The notes: generated by a model not told the origin, from the letters alone. A DNA stretch of 64,000 nucleotides from an uncultured delta proteobacterium (GCA_963796685.1 CAWCMR010000012.1:1-64000), one strand, 5' to 3'. Shown: positions 20,975-32,089, counted from the first letter of the stretch. A program made the numbers and translations.

Positions 20975-21343
20975 GGCCGAAATGTGACAGGAGGGACGGC
21001 ATACCGTGGAAGAAGTCGTCGTCGAGCCTATGGTGATGGTGGCGACCTCCCCACTGTGGAGGCGCGGGCTTGCGTGGCCACGGCGACGGAGTTGGACGAC
21101 GTCGACCTTGCCGAGCGTCTTCCAAACAGCCCGTAGCTTTGGCCACGCCTCCGGCGAGGGATCTACAGGGCCACGGATCGTGGGCGCGTGGAGACAATTG
21201 CGCCAAATGAGCCGGAATCGATCGCGGCTGCCGCGATCGTGCCCGTCTCTGGCGCGCCGTAATTCCGGGGATCTCCAAAGTGAAGCAGACGGTGCCCTCA
21301 CATGAGCAGCAACTATCGCCTCGGCGGTGTGTCCAAGTATGCT

Positions 21344-21937
21344 TTAGAGGGGACCACACGAGGAGCCCGGAATTGGCCCGCAGGTTTGAATGATGTCGCC
21401 TCGACATCGCTGCGCGACACAGGGAGGGGCTCCTACGGCGTTGCAGTCGGCATCGCTGCTGCAGCCGATCACGTTCGCCGCTGAGCAACTAGTGGCGATG
21501 CGGCCAGGGCCGACGTTGTGGCAGGCGCTAGCCCAGGTTTGTGGCGGACTGTAAGACACAAACCAGCAGCAGAGCTCGCCAGGGCCGCAATCGGCAGTCT
21601 CGTCGCACGTGCGCGGCCAGGCAATGCATCCCGCGTTGGAGCGCCAATCGCAACCGGTGGAAGCTGGACTGCCTTCACCATTGCGAAGGCAGCATTCATA
21701 GCCCTCGGAGCAAACAGTCGCCCCGCAGCGCACCCGTCCGGGAGTCGGCGGCAAGAGGCCGCCATCCTGGGTCGGCAAGCCGGCGTCCGACGTCGGCACC
21801 AGGCCGGCGTCTTTCGATACGGCTCCACCTGCCATGGTGTTCAACGGCGTGCGCCCGCCACAGGCAGTGCAAAAGATGCCCATGGCCAGGACAAGAGATC
21901 CCTTTGTCGAGAATCCGTGCATCGAGCTGGCTGGCAT
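21344..21937 (-). CDS. Cys-rich lipoprotein (paralog A)
   Basis: Lipobox CTACG. Shares PPTPG.VRCG, CDETADCG..ELCCW and CVAQ.CRGDIIQTCG with the neighbour. Confidence 0.75.
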   Translation of the reverse strand: MPASSMHGFSTKGSLVLAMGIFCTACGGRTPLNTMAGGAVSKDAGLVPTSDAGLPTQDGGLLPPTPGRVRCGATVCSEGYECCLRNGEGSPASTGCDWRSNAGCIAWPRTCDETADCGPGELCCWFVSYSPPQTWASACHNVGPGRIATSCSAANVIGCSSDADCNAVGAPPCVAQRCRGDIIQTCGPIPGSSCGPL

Positions 21938-21990
21938 TGTACGGCGTTTGAGAATCGCGGTGTTCTACTTTTGCTGCGTTCTTGCCTGCG

Positions 21991-22563
21991 CTATTCACGA
22001 GCTGGCGGACAGGAGCTGCTCGGTATGTACCCGCAGGTTTGAATGATGTCACCTCGGCATTGCTGCGCGACACAGGTGGGAGCGCCGACCACGTCGCAGT
22101 CGGCCTCGCTGCCGCAACCGACCAAGTCCAGCGGTGGGCAACCGGTCGCGCCCAGGTCAGCGCCGGGGCTATAGCAGTAGCTGGCCAACGTGGCCGGTGG
22201 ACTGTAAACGACATCCCAGCAGCACAGCTCGTCGAGGCCACAGTCGGCAGTCTCGTCACATTCGCGTCGCCCTGACGAGCCATCGCAAACTGCGCCCGGA
22301 CGTCTATCGCAACCGATGGAAGCCGGGTCGCCTCGGCTCTCGCGAACGCAGCATTGGTAGCCCTCGGCGCAGACAATGTCTCCGCAGCGCACAAGTCCCG
22401 GAGTCGGCGGCAGGAGTCCGCCATCCCACGTAGCCAAGAGGCCACCATCGCGGGCCGAATGGCCGTGCATCGGGGTGGACCCGCAGGCGGCGCACAGCAC
22501 ACCCAGAGCCGCGAGAAGGCCACTCGTCAAAGAAGATCCGTTCACCAAGAGAGTCAAGATCAT
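21991..22563 (-). CDS. Cys-rich lipoprotein (paralog B, tandem duplicate)
   Basis: Lipobox CAACG and the same Cys framework as 21344-21937. Confidence 0.75.
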   Translation of the reverse strand: MILTLLVNGSSLTSGLLAALGVLCAACGSTPMHGHSARDGGLLATWDGGLLPPTPGLVRCGDIVCAEGYQCCVRESRGDPASIGCDRRPGAVCDGSSGRRECDETADCGLDELCCWDVVYSPPATLASYCYSPGADLGATGCPPLDLVGCGSEADCDVVGAPTCVAQQCRGDIIQTCGYIPSSSCPPARE

Positions 22564-22606
22564 TGCATCTTGCCTTCGAAATCGGCGGTCGTCCTGAGGC
22601 GCGGCG

Positions 22607-23983
22607 CTATTCGAGCCACCGCACCACAATTCCACCTGTTCCGGTTCGAGACCAGGCCGCGAGCGCTCGATTGCCCCCCATGGCCACCGCTCCTCCGTTG
22701 ACCGTGCAGGTGCTGGTACTGTCGAGCTGTACTGGACTGGTCCATCCATTCGTCGGATCGAAATGGCTCGCCCAGATCTCCTGGTCGAAGGCGGTGCAAG
22801 GGCCACTCCGCCACAGCGCCCAGGCGTCGCCATTTGGCGCCATGGCAAGGTCGCCGAGCTGATAGTGACTCTCGGCCTGCGACGGACTCAGCGGGGTGGT
22901 GCTTTGCCACCCGGCGCCCTCGATGTAGTAGCGGGCGGCGACGGTCGTATTGCACGCCGCTCCGGGCTCGTTCGTCCAAGCCGCGAGGGCGTTGGAAGCG
23001 AGATCCGTGACCATGCGCTGGCCGTACCTGTTGGTAACACCATCATTTGCAATAACTGTCTCGCCCGTGCTCCACTCCCCGGTCGAAAGCAATTCCGCGT
23101 GCATCAGGCCACCACTCGCGTTCCACAGTGCGTGCGTGCGCCCACCGATGCAGGCGGCGAGTTCTACATTGCTGGCATCTTGTGAGACGGTCACTGGGGG
23201 AAGCCGACTGGCGGCCGGATCCCAGGAGTTCGACTCGAGGATCGTGGACAGCGCGTCCCCTGGGGAATTTTGAGTCGAGGTGACCACAAAGCCACCAGAT
23301 GCCGTTACCGACGCGGTCGGGGAACCGCTCGGCATGCCGAAGAGCTGTTCAGGCTGCCAGGAGAGGTCGAAGATGCTGGCCGCCACTTGGAGGGAGTCAC
23401 GATCAATCCACGTCACCATGGCCGCGTTCTGGCCGAGCACTGCAACCGGTGGGGCAAGAGACGGATCTTGCCGCGTGCCCGTCGAGGTGACACCAATCTG
23501 CACTGCGGACCATCCCCCTGGGGTAAAGCGGGCCGCGTAGATTTCTGCCGAGGTGGACGCCCCCGGCAAGCTCGCCAGCGCGACAAGTGCGGCCCCGCTC
23601 CGCAAGGCAACGGAGGTTGCAAACCCGCCTTCCAATAAGAGCTCGGCATCGCTCCAGCCGACGCCTGACGTGTAGCGACGTGCCTGCGCCCGCCATGTCG
23701 TTCCAGTCCCAACGGACCACACGACGATTGCATTCCCCTGCTCGTCCATCGCGACCAGAGGCGACTGGCCTTCGGTTTCGAACCCGTCTGGCTCGTCGAC
23801 AACAGCGCCGCCGGCTAGGCCGCCATCCAATGGGTCAATACAACGTGTGGTGGAGCTGTCGACAAGGTCGGTCGCCGTATCTTGCGGCGCTTGGGCATCC
23901 CGCGCTGGTTGTCCCGGAGACCTCGAATGACTGCAGCCGATGACCGCGAGGCAAGCGCAAATCAACTTCCTCGATTCGAACAT
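22607..23983 (-). CDS. Lipoprotein with repeated beta-strand units (possible beta-propeller)
   Basis: Lipobox LAVIGC. Repeats such as VAMDEQGNAIVVW...ARRY...GW. Confidence 0.6.
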   Translation of the reverse strand: MFESRKLICACLAVIGCSHSRSPGQPARDAQAPQDTATDLVDSSTTRCIDPLDGGLAGGAVVDEPDGFETEGQSPLVAMDEQGNAIVVWSVGTGTTWRAQARRYTSGVGWSDAELLLEGGFATSVALRSGAALVALASLPGASTSAEIYAARFTPGGWSAVQIGVTSTGTRQDPSLAPPVAVLGQNAAMVTWIDRDSLQVAASIFDLSWQPEQLFGMPSGSPTASVTASGGFVVTSTQNSPGDALSTILESNSWDPAASRLPPVTVSQDASNVELAACIGGRTHALWNASGGLMHAELLSTGEWSTGETVIANDGVTNRYGQRMVTDLASNALAAWTNEPGAACNTTVAARYYIEGAGWQSTTPLSPSQAESHYQLGDLAMAPNGDAWALWRSGPCTAFDQEIWASHFDPTNGWTSPVQLDSTSTCTVNGGAVAMGGNRALAAWSRTGTGGIVVRWLE

Positions 23984-24204
23984 ACGGTATTCTACGGTCA
24001 GTAATCGACCTTTGTCTATCGGAACGATTCGCAAGATCACGGCGCGCGGAAGGAATGGTTTGGCTGTGGTTCGCCACTTGTTCCCGTGGTGTGGATAGGC
24101 GGTGGTGGAGGCCGAAGTCATTTCCGTCCTTTGGGGTGTCCGTGCAGCGCGCGAGGGCAGGTTTCCCTGGGTTTGCGGGTCCTTTGGAGGCTGTCTCCAT
24201 CACT

Positions 24205-26251
24205 GCACGTCAAGAACACGCCGGCCAACGAAGAAACCACGGGCACCACGGTGTGTCCCTTCGTGCAGGGGACCGGCTCCGCCGCGCGCACGGCGCTGAT
24301 GATGAACCACGTCGACGCCTCTCGCCTGCTGGTTCCGCTGGTCGACATGCGCATGCGCGAGAACGAGATCATCAAGACCCTGTCCGACGGGCTGTCGCGA
24401 GCCCTCGGCTGCTCGTCGCGAAACATCAAGAAGGCGTGGCGCGCGGGCCTGGAGGCGCAGGCCGATTTCGAGAACCGCTGCTACGACGAGGGCGCGAAGT
24501 TCATCGCCGAGGCCGAGGCGAAGAAGGAAAACGTCATTCTGCTGGTCGGCCGTCCCTACAACAACTACGACGCCGGCGCGAATCTCGGCCTGCCGCAGAA
24601 GATCGCGGATCTCGGCCGCACCGTCCTGCCCATGGACTTCATCAAGCCCGAGCTCGGCCGCCTGGGCGAGCGCTACCGCAACGCCTTCTGGAGCTACGGC
24701 CAGAAGATCCTGGCCGCGCTGGAAAAGGCCGCCGAGAGCGACATCATGGACGTGGTCTACCTGACCAACTTCTCGTGCGGGCCGGACAGCTTCCTACTCA
24801 GCTACGCCGAGGAGATCATGGGTAACCGGCCCATGCTCATGCTCGAGCTCGACGAGCACGGCGCCGACGCCGGCTACATGACTCGGCTCGAGGCGTTCTT
24901 CGACGTGCTCCGCCGCCCGCGCCCGCCGCGCGGTTCGCGCACCGAGGTGCGCCCCGAACCGACCGACATGCGCGACCGCACCATCTGGTTGCCGCCCATG
25001 CACCCCTTCGGCACGCGCCTCTTCGCCGCGGCCTTCCGCTCGCACGGTTACGACGCTCGCCTGTTGCCTGAGGAAAACAAGGAGTCCTTCGAGATCGGCC
25101 GCTCCCTCACGCGCGGCTCCGAGTGCCTGCCTTGCGCGCTGACCCTCGGCACCTTCCTCAAGACCCTGCGCGAGCAACCGCGCGGCGGCAAGCACGCCTT
25201 CTTCATGCCCAGCTCCAAGGGCCCGTGTCGGTTCGGCCAGTACACGATCCTGCATCGGCAGATCCTCGAGCGCGAGGGACTCGGCCACGAGGTCGCCATT
25301 CTCGCCCCGGCGTCGAACAACGCCTACCAGGGGCTCGACAGCCCCATGCGCAAGTCGCTGTTCAAGGCCATCGCCTGCGCCGACATCCTGCTCAAAGCGC
25401 AGTGCAAGGTGCGGCCCTACGAGGTCAAGATCGGCGAGACCGATCGCGTGGTGAACGAAGGGCTCGAGCTGGTATGCCGGACCGTCGAGGAACACGGCGA
25501 TATTGCCGCAGCCTTGAAGGTCGCCATCCAGAAGATCGCGGCCATCGAGACCGCGGGTCCGCGCAGGCCGCTGGTGGGCATCGTCGGCGAGATCTACGTG
25601 CGCAACAACGTCTACGCCAACGAGGACGTCATCGGTGCCATCGAGATGTTCGGCGGCGAGGCCTGGATGCTGCCCATCACCGACTGGATCCTCTACACCT
25701 CGTCGCTCGAGAACTACAAAGAGGAATTCCCGTCGACCATCTTCTCATGGGACAAGGCCGACACCTTCATCACCTACACCTGGATGAAGCACTGGGAAAA
25801 GAAGCTGATGGAGGCCGCCAGCCCCTTCCTCGACGATCGGCACGAGCCCGCCTTCCAGGAATGCCTGGAGATCGCCACGCCGTACATCCCGTTCTACCTG
25901 GGCGGCGAGGGCAAGCTGTCGGTGGGCCGTGCCATCAAGTTCGCGCAGCAGGGCGCGGCCATGGTGGTGAACTGCGCGCCCTTCGGCTGCATGCCCGAGA
26001 CCGTGGCCACCGCGATCTTCGGTCGGCTCTCGGCGGACGTCGACATGCCCATCGTCAGTCTCTTCTACGACGGCAGCGGCGGACAGAATCGCCGGCTCGA
26101 GGTCTTCCTCAACAACGCGGTTCGCGGCCGCCGGGGTCTGGCCGGGATCACCGAAGGCGCGGGCAAGCTCGCCCCCGGATTCCCGAGTCGCGATCAGCTC
26201 GTGCCCGCGCAGAACCTCACCTCGCGCGTGAGGCCGGGCGGCGAAGCGTAG
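24205..26251 (+). pseudogene. Copy 2 of the repeat: 5'-truncated second allele of the activase gene (C-terminal ~681 codons)
   Basis: Open frame with about 10 aa differences by eye and many synonymous changes relative to 13094-15140. Lacks both ATPase domains. Confidence 0.92.
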
Positions 26252-26254
26252 AGC

Positions 26255-26431
26255 TTGGGAAACTGCTGGGCCAAGTCCTGCGCATCTTCACCGATACCGT
26301 CGCGCCCAGCTATGGCAAGGCCTGGCAGATCGGGGCATTGCCGACGGCACGTGCGGCGCTGTCACGTCATCCAGCGTGCCAACAGCGACCTGCGTCTCTC
26401 CCCGCATTTCCACGTTCTCCACCTCGATGGC
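26255..26431 (+). pseudogene. IS91/Y2 (HUH) transposase remnant, left part, interrupted by the outer RIT
   Basis: VIQRANSDLRLSPHFHVLHLDG contains an HUH motif. The frame continues as DGAYAPGRDGGSP at 35405. Confidence 0.7.
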
Positions 26432-26451
26432 CTATGCTGAACTCAGCATAG
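26432..26451. repeat. 20-bp palindromic stub CTATGCTG-AACT-CAGCATAG at the left junction of the outer RIT
   Basis: Arms equal the first 8 bp of the RIT terminal repeat. Flanked by GATGGC and, after removing the intron, GCCATC. Confidence 0.9.
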
Positions 26452-26452
26452 G

Positions 26453-28528
26453 GTGCGTCCGGCATGGACGCAGAACAAGAGGTGAAGCCATGAAATAGCC
26501 AAGTCCTCTGGGGACCCTGACGGAGGGAACCTCCCACCTACGAGACAAGGGCGCCGGTCTGGAGCACCAGGCCAGACGGGCCGCAAGGCCCGTCTCCCGC
26601 GAGGAGGTGTCTGGTGGAAGTCTATGGTGCAGCGCCGAACCGAACGAAAGTGAAGCGCCGTAAGGCGTGGGTACCGCTGGGCAAGCTGGCCTTCGGCGGC
26701 AAAGCCCAATATTCGTCGGGCGGCCCGCGTAGTGGCGACGGAGTCGGTGCGAAGTTCTGCGTTCTTACCCGGAGAGACCTCTTGGCCTCCGCGGCGAGGA
26801 ATCGCAAGCGGAATTCATCGAGAACGAAAGGACGAGATGAAGAAGGGACAAGAGGAGTCGGATGGTCGCGTAATACCGGAAGGCCGGCGAAAGCCGGTTC
26901 CAACCGCCAGAAGGCGGGGAGGGAAGGCGACCACGGCCAGCAAAGAGGCAAGGCAGCTCGGACTGTTTCCCGAGACAGCCGACAACCCGAAAGGGACCAC
27001 CGCCCAAGCGGATCCGGGCCAACCCGTGCCTGCGCGGAGCGAGGTGCCGAAGTCGGGGAACGAGGAAGAGAGGACCTTGCCGCCCATGACGATGGAGGAG
27101 GTAGCGAGCGAAGGAAACCTGAAAAGAGCGTTCGAGCAAGTGAAGGCCAACAAAGGCGCACCTGGACCGGACCGGCAAAGCGTGGGGGAAGTGGCGAAGG
27201 GGTTGGGGACGCTGATACCGGCGCTGTCGCGGTCGCTGCTCGACGGGACATACCGAGTCGGAGACATCCGGCGGGTATGGATACCGAAGAGCGGTGGCGG
27301 GCGGCGGGGCCTTGGCATACCGAACGTGGTGGACCGCGTGGTTCAGCAGGCCGTGCACCAAGTGCTCGGTCCGCATTATGAGCCGACGTTTCACCCGTCG
27401 AGCCACGGTTTCCGACCTGGGCGCAGCCTGTCACACGGCCATCGCCGAGGCCAAGCAGTATCTGGAGGAAGGGTACGAATGGGTGGTCGACCTCGACCTG
27501 GAAAAGTTCTTTGACTGGGTCCACTGGCAACGGCTGGTGGCGCGGCTAGAACAGAGGGTTAAGGACCGGCGGCTCATCGAGCTCATCTGGCAGATGCTGA
27601 AAGCCAAGGTGGTGATGCCCGACGGAGTGGTGGTGGCGACGGAAGAAGGAGTGCCACAAGGTGGTCCGCTTTCGCCGTTACTGAGCAATATCGTGCTGGA
27701 CGAGCTCGACCGCGAGCTTGCCCAACGCGGTCACCGCTTCGTGCGCTATGCGGACGACTGCAACATCTACGTCGGAAGCGAGCGCTCGGGTCAGCGTGTG
27801 ATGGCCAGCGTGGTCAAGTTCATCGAAGGCCGGATGCGGTTGAAGGTGAACTTGGCCAAGAGCGCGGTGGCCCGACCGGAAGAGCGGCACTTTCTGGGAT
27901 TCCGGCTGCGGCGCGAGCCGCTGACGGGGGAAGCGGAGGTGCTGCTGTCGGCGCGGAGCAAAAGCCGCATTGACGAGAAGGTCCGAGAGCTGACGCCGCG
28001 AAACCTTGGGCAGTCCCTCAAGGGCTGCATCAAACAGGTCAACGCGTATTTGCTCGGATGGATCGGCTTCTTCTGTATCTGCACGGCCGCGGAAGAGCGG
28101 ACGCTGCAGGCACTCGACGCACACATCAGGCGGCGGCTGCGAGCGATAGTGCTACGGCACTGGAAACGCAGACGCTTCATCGCACGACACCTCATCAGCC
28201 TGGGGGTGAGACCGAAAACCGCGTGGCAAGGGGTCTACAAGGGGCATCGCTCCTGGTGGGCGCTGAGCCACACATCGGTAGTTGAACGAGGACTGCGCAA
28301 CGCATATTTTGCCGAACGCGGGCTTGTCAGCCTGGCCGAGCGGTGGAAGGACCATCACGCCTTGGACTTCATGGACCCGGCCCTGGAGCCAGGATAGCTG
28401 CGGGCAGCAATGCCGGCGCTGGACTACGGGTCGCTCCCGAACGCCAGCGTCCCGAAGAGCCGGATGTGAGGCCCACAAGTCCGGTTCTGTGAGAGCTGGG
28501 GGAGGGTAACCTCCCCTGGCTACTCGAC
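26453..28528 (+). mobile_element. Group II intron (class C / IIC-like)
   Basis: 5' end GTGCGTCCGGCATGGACGCAG. Domain V GAGCCGGATGTGAGGCCCACAAGTCCGGTTC (~28457-28487). Domain VI ends TACTCGAC. Removing it restores a perfect palindrome. Confidence 0.93.
26837..28397 (+). CDS. ltrA: Group II intron reverse transcriptase/maturase, no endonuclease domain, +1 frameshift near 27428
   Basis: VKANKGAPGPD, RRVWIPK, LGIP.VVDRVVQQA, GFRPGRS, VVDLDLEKFFD, GVPQGGPLSPLLSNI, HRFVRYADDCNIYV. Confidence 0.92.
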
Positions 28529-28682
28529 CCATCCTATGCTGAGTTTCGGATTATGCTGAGTTGCTCGTGACCCGCACGCGATCTGTGCTGGATTTCCCGG
28601 TGGGTCGCTCGAATTGGTGGGTTCTGTTTGTCAGCATAGTCTTGGGCGCTCTTGATGGCCTGTTGGCCAGGAAGGAGCACTC

Positions 28683-29782
28683 ATGCTGGAGCAGTTTTTC
28701 ACCTATGACTATGTGCTGGCTCGCCTTCGCGGCGGAGCGCTGGGCGGGATCCTTGACGATGTCGCTGCGCATTTGGAGAAGCGCGGTCATACACCGAGAG
28801 TCGGGCAATCGTACCTGTGCGCAGCCGGCCACTTCTCCCATTGGTTAGATCTCAAAAGGATCAGCCCGAACGCGGTGGGGGAAGTTACCCTAGCGTCGTT
28901 CCTGGAAGGGCACCTCCCGCGATGCAAGTGTCGGGTGCCACACGGGTTGCGTTGTCACATGCGGGCGGCACTGGACCACGTGTTGGCCGTGCTGCGCGCA
29001 CAGGGCGTAGCCACCCCCCCACAGCGGCCAGTGCAGACGCCTGTGGACCGTATGCTTGAGTCCTTCAGGACCTACCGACAAAACACGTGCGGAGTGACCG
29101 ATGCCACCAGCCAGGGCAACGTCTTGCACGTTCGTCGGTTTCTGGTTTCCCTCTACGGGACTGGCGAGATCGATCTGCGCCGGCTTGGGCCCAAGGAATT
29201 GATTGGCTTCGTGTCGGAGCAGACCAGAAAGTACTCGCCGGGCGCGGCGGGGCTTGTCCGAACGGCGTTGCGTAGCTTCCTTCGATTTGCGCAAGTCGCT
29301 GGCCTGTGCGAAGGGACACTGGCAGCCGCTGTTCCCAAGGTGGCGCATTGGCGCCGAGCGAATCTTCCCCGAGGTCTGTCCGACGAGCAACTCGCCGCCT
29401 TGCTTGCGTCGTTCGACTTGACCGCGGCGACTGGACGGCGGGACTACGCGATGGTTTCGTGCATGGCTGGGCTTGGCTTGCGGGCCGGCGAAGTCGCTGC
29501 GCTGTTGCTCGATGACGTGGATTGGCGGGCGGGCACCTTGCGAGTCGGTCGCGGAAAGGAGCGGCGGGCCAGTGTCCTGCCGCTGCCCGCACCGGTGGGG
29601 CGCGCACTGGTTGACTACCTACGCCGCGGCCGGCCGCACACCGACGATCGTCACATGTTCGTCCGGCACCAGCTGCCGGTGGGCCAGCCGCTCAGCTCCT
29701 CGGCTGTGACAGCCGCTGTCCGACTGGCCTTCACGCGTGCGCGGCTGACCTTTCCATTCAAAGGCGCCCACGTCTTGCGCCA
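28683..29782 (+). pseudogene. Outer RIT first tyrosine recombinase (RitA-like), N-terminal part, cut at HVLRH
   Basis: RRDYAM...LGLRAGEV...GKERR...GAHVLRH, then the inner RIT repeat begins. Confidence 0.88.
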
Positions 29783-29923
29783 TTATGCCGAGTCCCCGGT
29801 TATGCCGAGTGAGCCTCTCGATCTGGCGCGATCAACGGCGATTTCCTCGGCAGGTGGGCTTGCGGACTCGGCATAACCAGGGCGTCGTCGTCTCCTTCTG
29901 GCCACCGGGCCGAAGGAGGACAC

Positions 29924-31157
29924 ATGCCCCGGATGCACGACGATTTTCTGAAATGGCAACGACTGCGCGCTGGCCCCTTGGGTCCGCACCTCGACACGTT
30001 TGCAAAAACGCTCACTGAGAGGGGATATCCGCCTGCGACCGTGGCGTGCAAGGTGCGCCTGGCAGCGAAGTTCGGAGACTGGCTTGGACGGCGAGGACTG
30101 ACTGTCGAGGAGGTCGACGAGCAGGCCGTAGCCCGCTTTGTCCGGCGCCATCCCTGCGTACCCCGGCGTGGAGACGCAGCGACATTGCGTGATGTCCTTG
30201 AACGGGTCCGTTCCGCCGGTCTTGCGCCGCCAGCGCCCGTCAAGGTCGATGACACTGCGATCGGGCGGATCGTGAGTGAGTTCGGCCGGTATCTGTTGGT
30301 GGACCGCGGCTTGTCCGTCTTGACTCAGATCAACTACCTGCCCATTGTCCGCTCGTTCCTCCTGGAGCGGTTCGACGGCAGGAGGGTGCAGCCTCAATGC
30401 GCTCGGGCCCCAGGATGCGGGTGAATTTCTGGTCCGGCATGTTCACGTGGTCCATCCAAAGAGAGCCGCTCTGATGGTTACCGCCCTACGCGGTTTTCTG
30501 CGGTGGGTGCACGTGAAAAGAGCCCTGGCTGCAGACCTCGCGGCCACGGTTCCCGCGGTCGCCTGCTGGCGTTTCTCAACGGTGCCGAAATCGATCCCCG
30601 CGCGCGACGTCGAGCATCTGTTGCGCCGCTGTCGACGAAGAAACTCCGAAGCCGGCCTGCGCGACCACGCGGTCATTATGCTGATGGCACGACTCGGCCT
30701 CCGCGGTGGAGAAGTCGTGAGCCTGGATCTGGCAGACTTCGACTGGGCCGCAGGCACGTTGCGGGTCCACGGCAAGGGTGGGCGGCAAGACGTCCTCCCG
30801 TTGCCGTCCGATGTCGGCAAGGCCGTCGCCCGGTACTTGCGCCATGGCCGCCCAGCATGCTCGTGCCGGAGAGTCTTCGTCCGCGCGAGAGCGCCGCGGC
30901 GTGGCTTCGCAACCACGGGCGCGGTCTGTACGATCGTGAAGCGAGCGCTGGAACGCGCCGAACTGGACCCACCACGCAAAGGCGGGCACATCCTCCGCCA
31001 TGCGCTCGCCTGCTCGATGCTGCGCCGAGGAGCGACCCTTACCGAGATCGGGCAGGTCCTGCGACACCGTCGAGCCGATACGACGACGATTTACGCGAAG
31101 GTAGACTTCCATGCGCTACGTGCGCTCGCTCCTGCATGGCCAGGAGGCAGGCGATGA
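29924..31157 (+). CDS. Inner RIT tyrosine recombinase A (frameshift near 30390)
   Basis: ORFs 29924-30424 and 30345-31157. LGLRGGEV, GKGGR, HILRHALA, LRH...TTIYAK. Confidence 0.88.
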
Positions 31158-32089
31158 ATACGCTCCGCGAGGGCGCCGAGGAGTACCTGTCGCTGCGACG
31201 CCGTCTGGGCTACAAGCTCGACCGCTCGGGGCGGTTACTGCTGCAATTTGTGTCCTTCATGGAGCAGCGGAAGGCTCCGTTCATTACCAACGATCTGGTC
31301 GTCGAATGGGCCGTGCGGCCGACCAAGACCCAGCCCGTGTATTGGGCCAGCCGGCTATCGGCGGTCCGGCTCTTTGCACAGTATTGGCGCGCCACCGATT
31401 CTCGCACCGAGGTCCCTGCCCTCGGGCTCCTCCGGGCTCGGTATCAACGCAAGCGCCCCTACATATACAGCGAGGACGAGATCATGCGGCTGATGGATGC
31501 GGCGGCACGGCTCCCATCGCAGACGGGGCTTCGTGCTCAGACCTACGTCACGCTGCTTGGCCTGCTCACCGTGGCCGGTCTGAGGATCAGCGAGGCGATC
31601 GCTCTCGACCGCGAGGATGTTGACCTCGAAGGCGGGATCCTGACAATCCGCCGGACCAAATTCGGGAAGACCCGGCTGGTGCCCATTCATCGATCGACGA
31701 AACTGGCACTTTGCCGGTACGCACGCTTCCGTGATCGCGTTCATCCAACACCACGGACGAGAAGCTTCTTCGTCGGCGAGACAGGTGCCCGGGTGGTGAA
31801 GAACACTGCAGAAGACACCTTCGTCCATCTGTCTCGCCGGATTGGGCTTCGTGGTCCTGAAGGTCGTCACGGTCATGGGCCGCGTCTGCATGACCTTCGG
31901 CATCGGTGGGCCGTGGACACCATGCTGCGCTGGTACCGGGCAGGAGTCGATGTGGAGCGGCACCTGCCGCAGCCGTCGACCTACCTCGGGCACACCCACG
32001 TCAGTGATACCTACTGGTACCTGACCGCAGTGCCCGAGTTGATGAGCCTCGCCATGTCGCTCCTGGAGCGAGATAGGACGTCGCCGTGA
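31154..32089 (+). CDS. Inner RIT tyrosine recombinase B
   Basis: ATGA overlap. GLRISEA, TKFGKTRLVP, LHDLRHRWA, YLGH...TYWYL. Confidence 0.9.
   Translation: MNTLREGAEEYLSLRRRLGYKLDRSGRLLLQFVSFMEQRKAPFITNDLVVEWAVRPTKTQPVYWASRLSAVRLFAQYWRATDSRTEVPALGLLRARYQRKRPYIYSEDEIMRLMDAAARLPSQTGLRAQTYVTLLGLLTVAGLRISEAIALDREDVDLEGGILTIRRTKFGKTRLVPIHRSTKLALCRYARFRDRVHPTPRTRSFFVGETGARVVKNTAEDTFVHLSRRIGLRGPEGRHGHGPRLHDLRHRWAVDTMLRWYRAGVDVERHLPQPSTYLGHTHVSDTYWYLTAVPELMSLAMSLLERDRTSP

Noticed and set aside
24086-24204. Novel N-terminus making the second activase copy a 721-aa fusion gene
   Set aside because: The upstream 40 codons have no evident RBS or protein-like character. The open frame is probably incidental.
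26837-28397. RT as retron, DGR, CRISPR-associated or defence RT
   Set aside because: It lies within clear group II intron ends (GTGCG...AC, domains V and VI) and has intron-type motifs. No template/variable repeat pair or msr-msd was seen.
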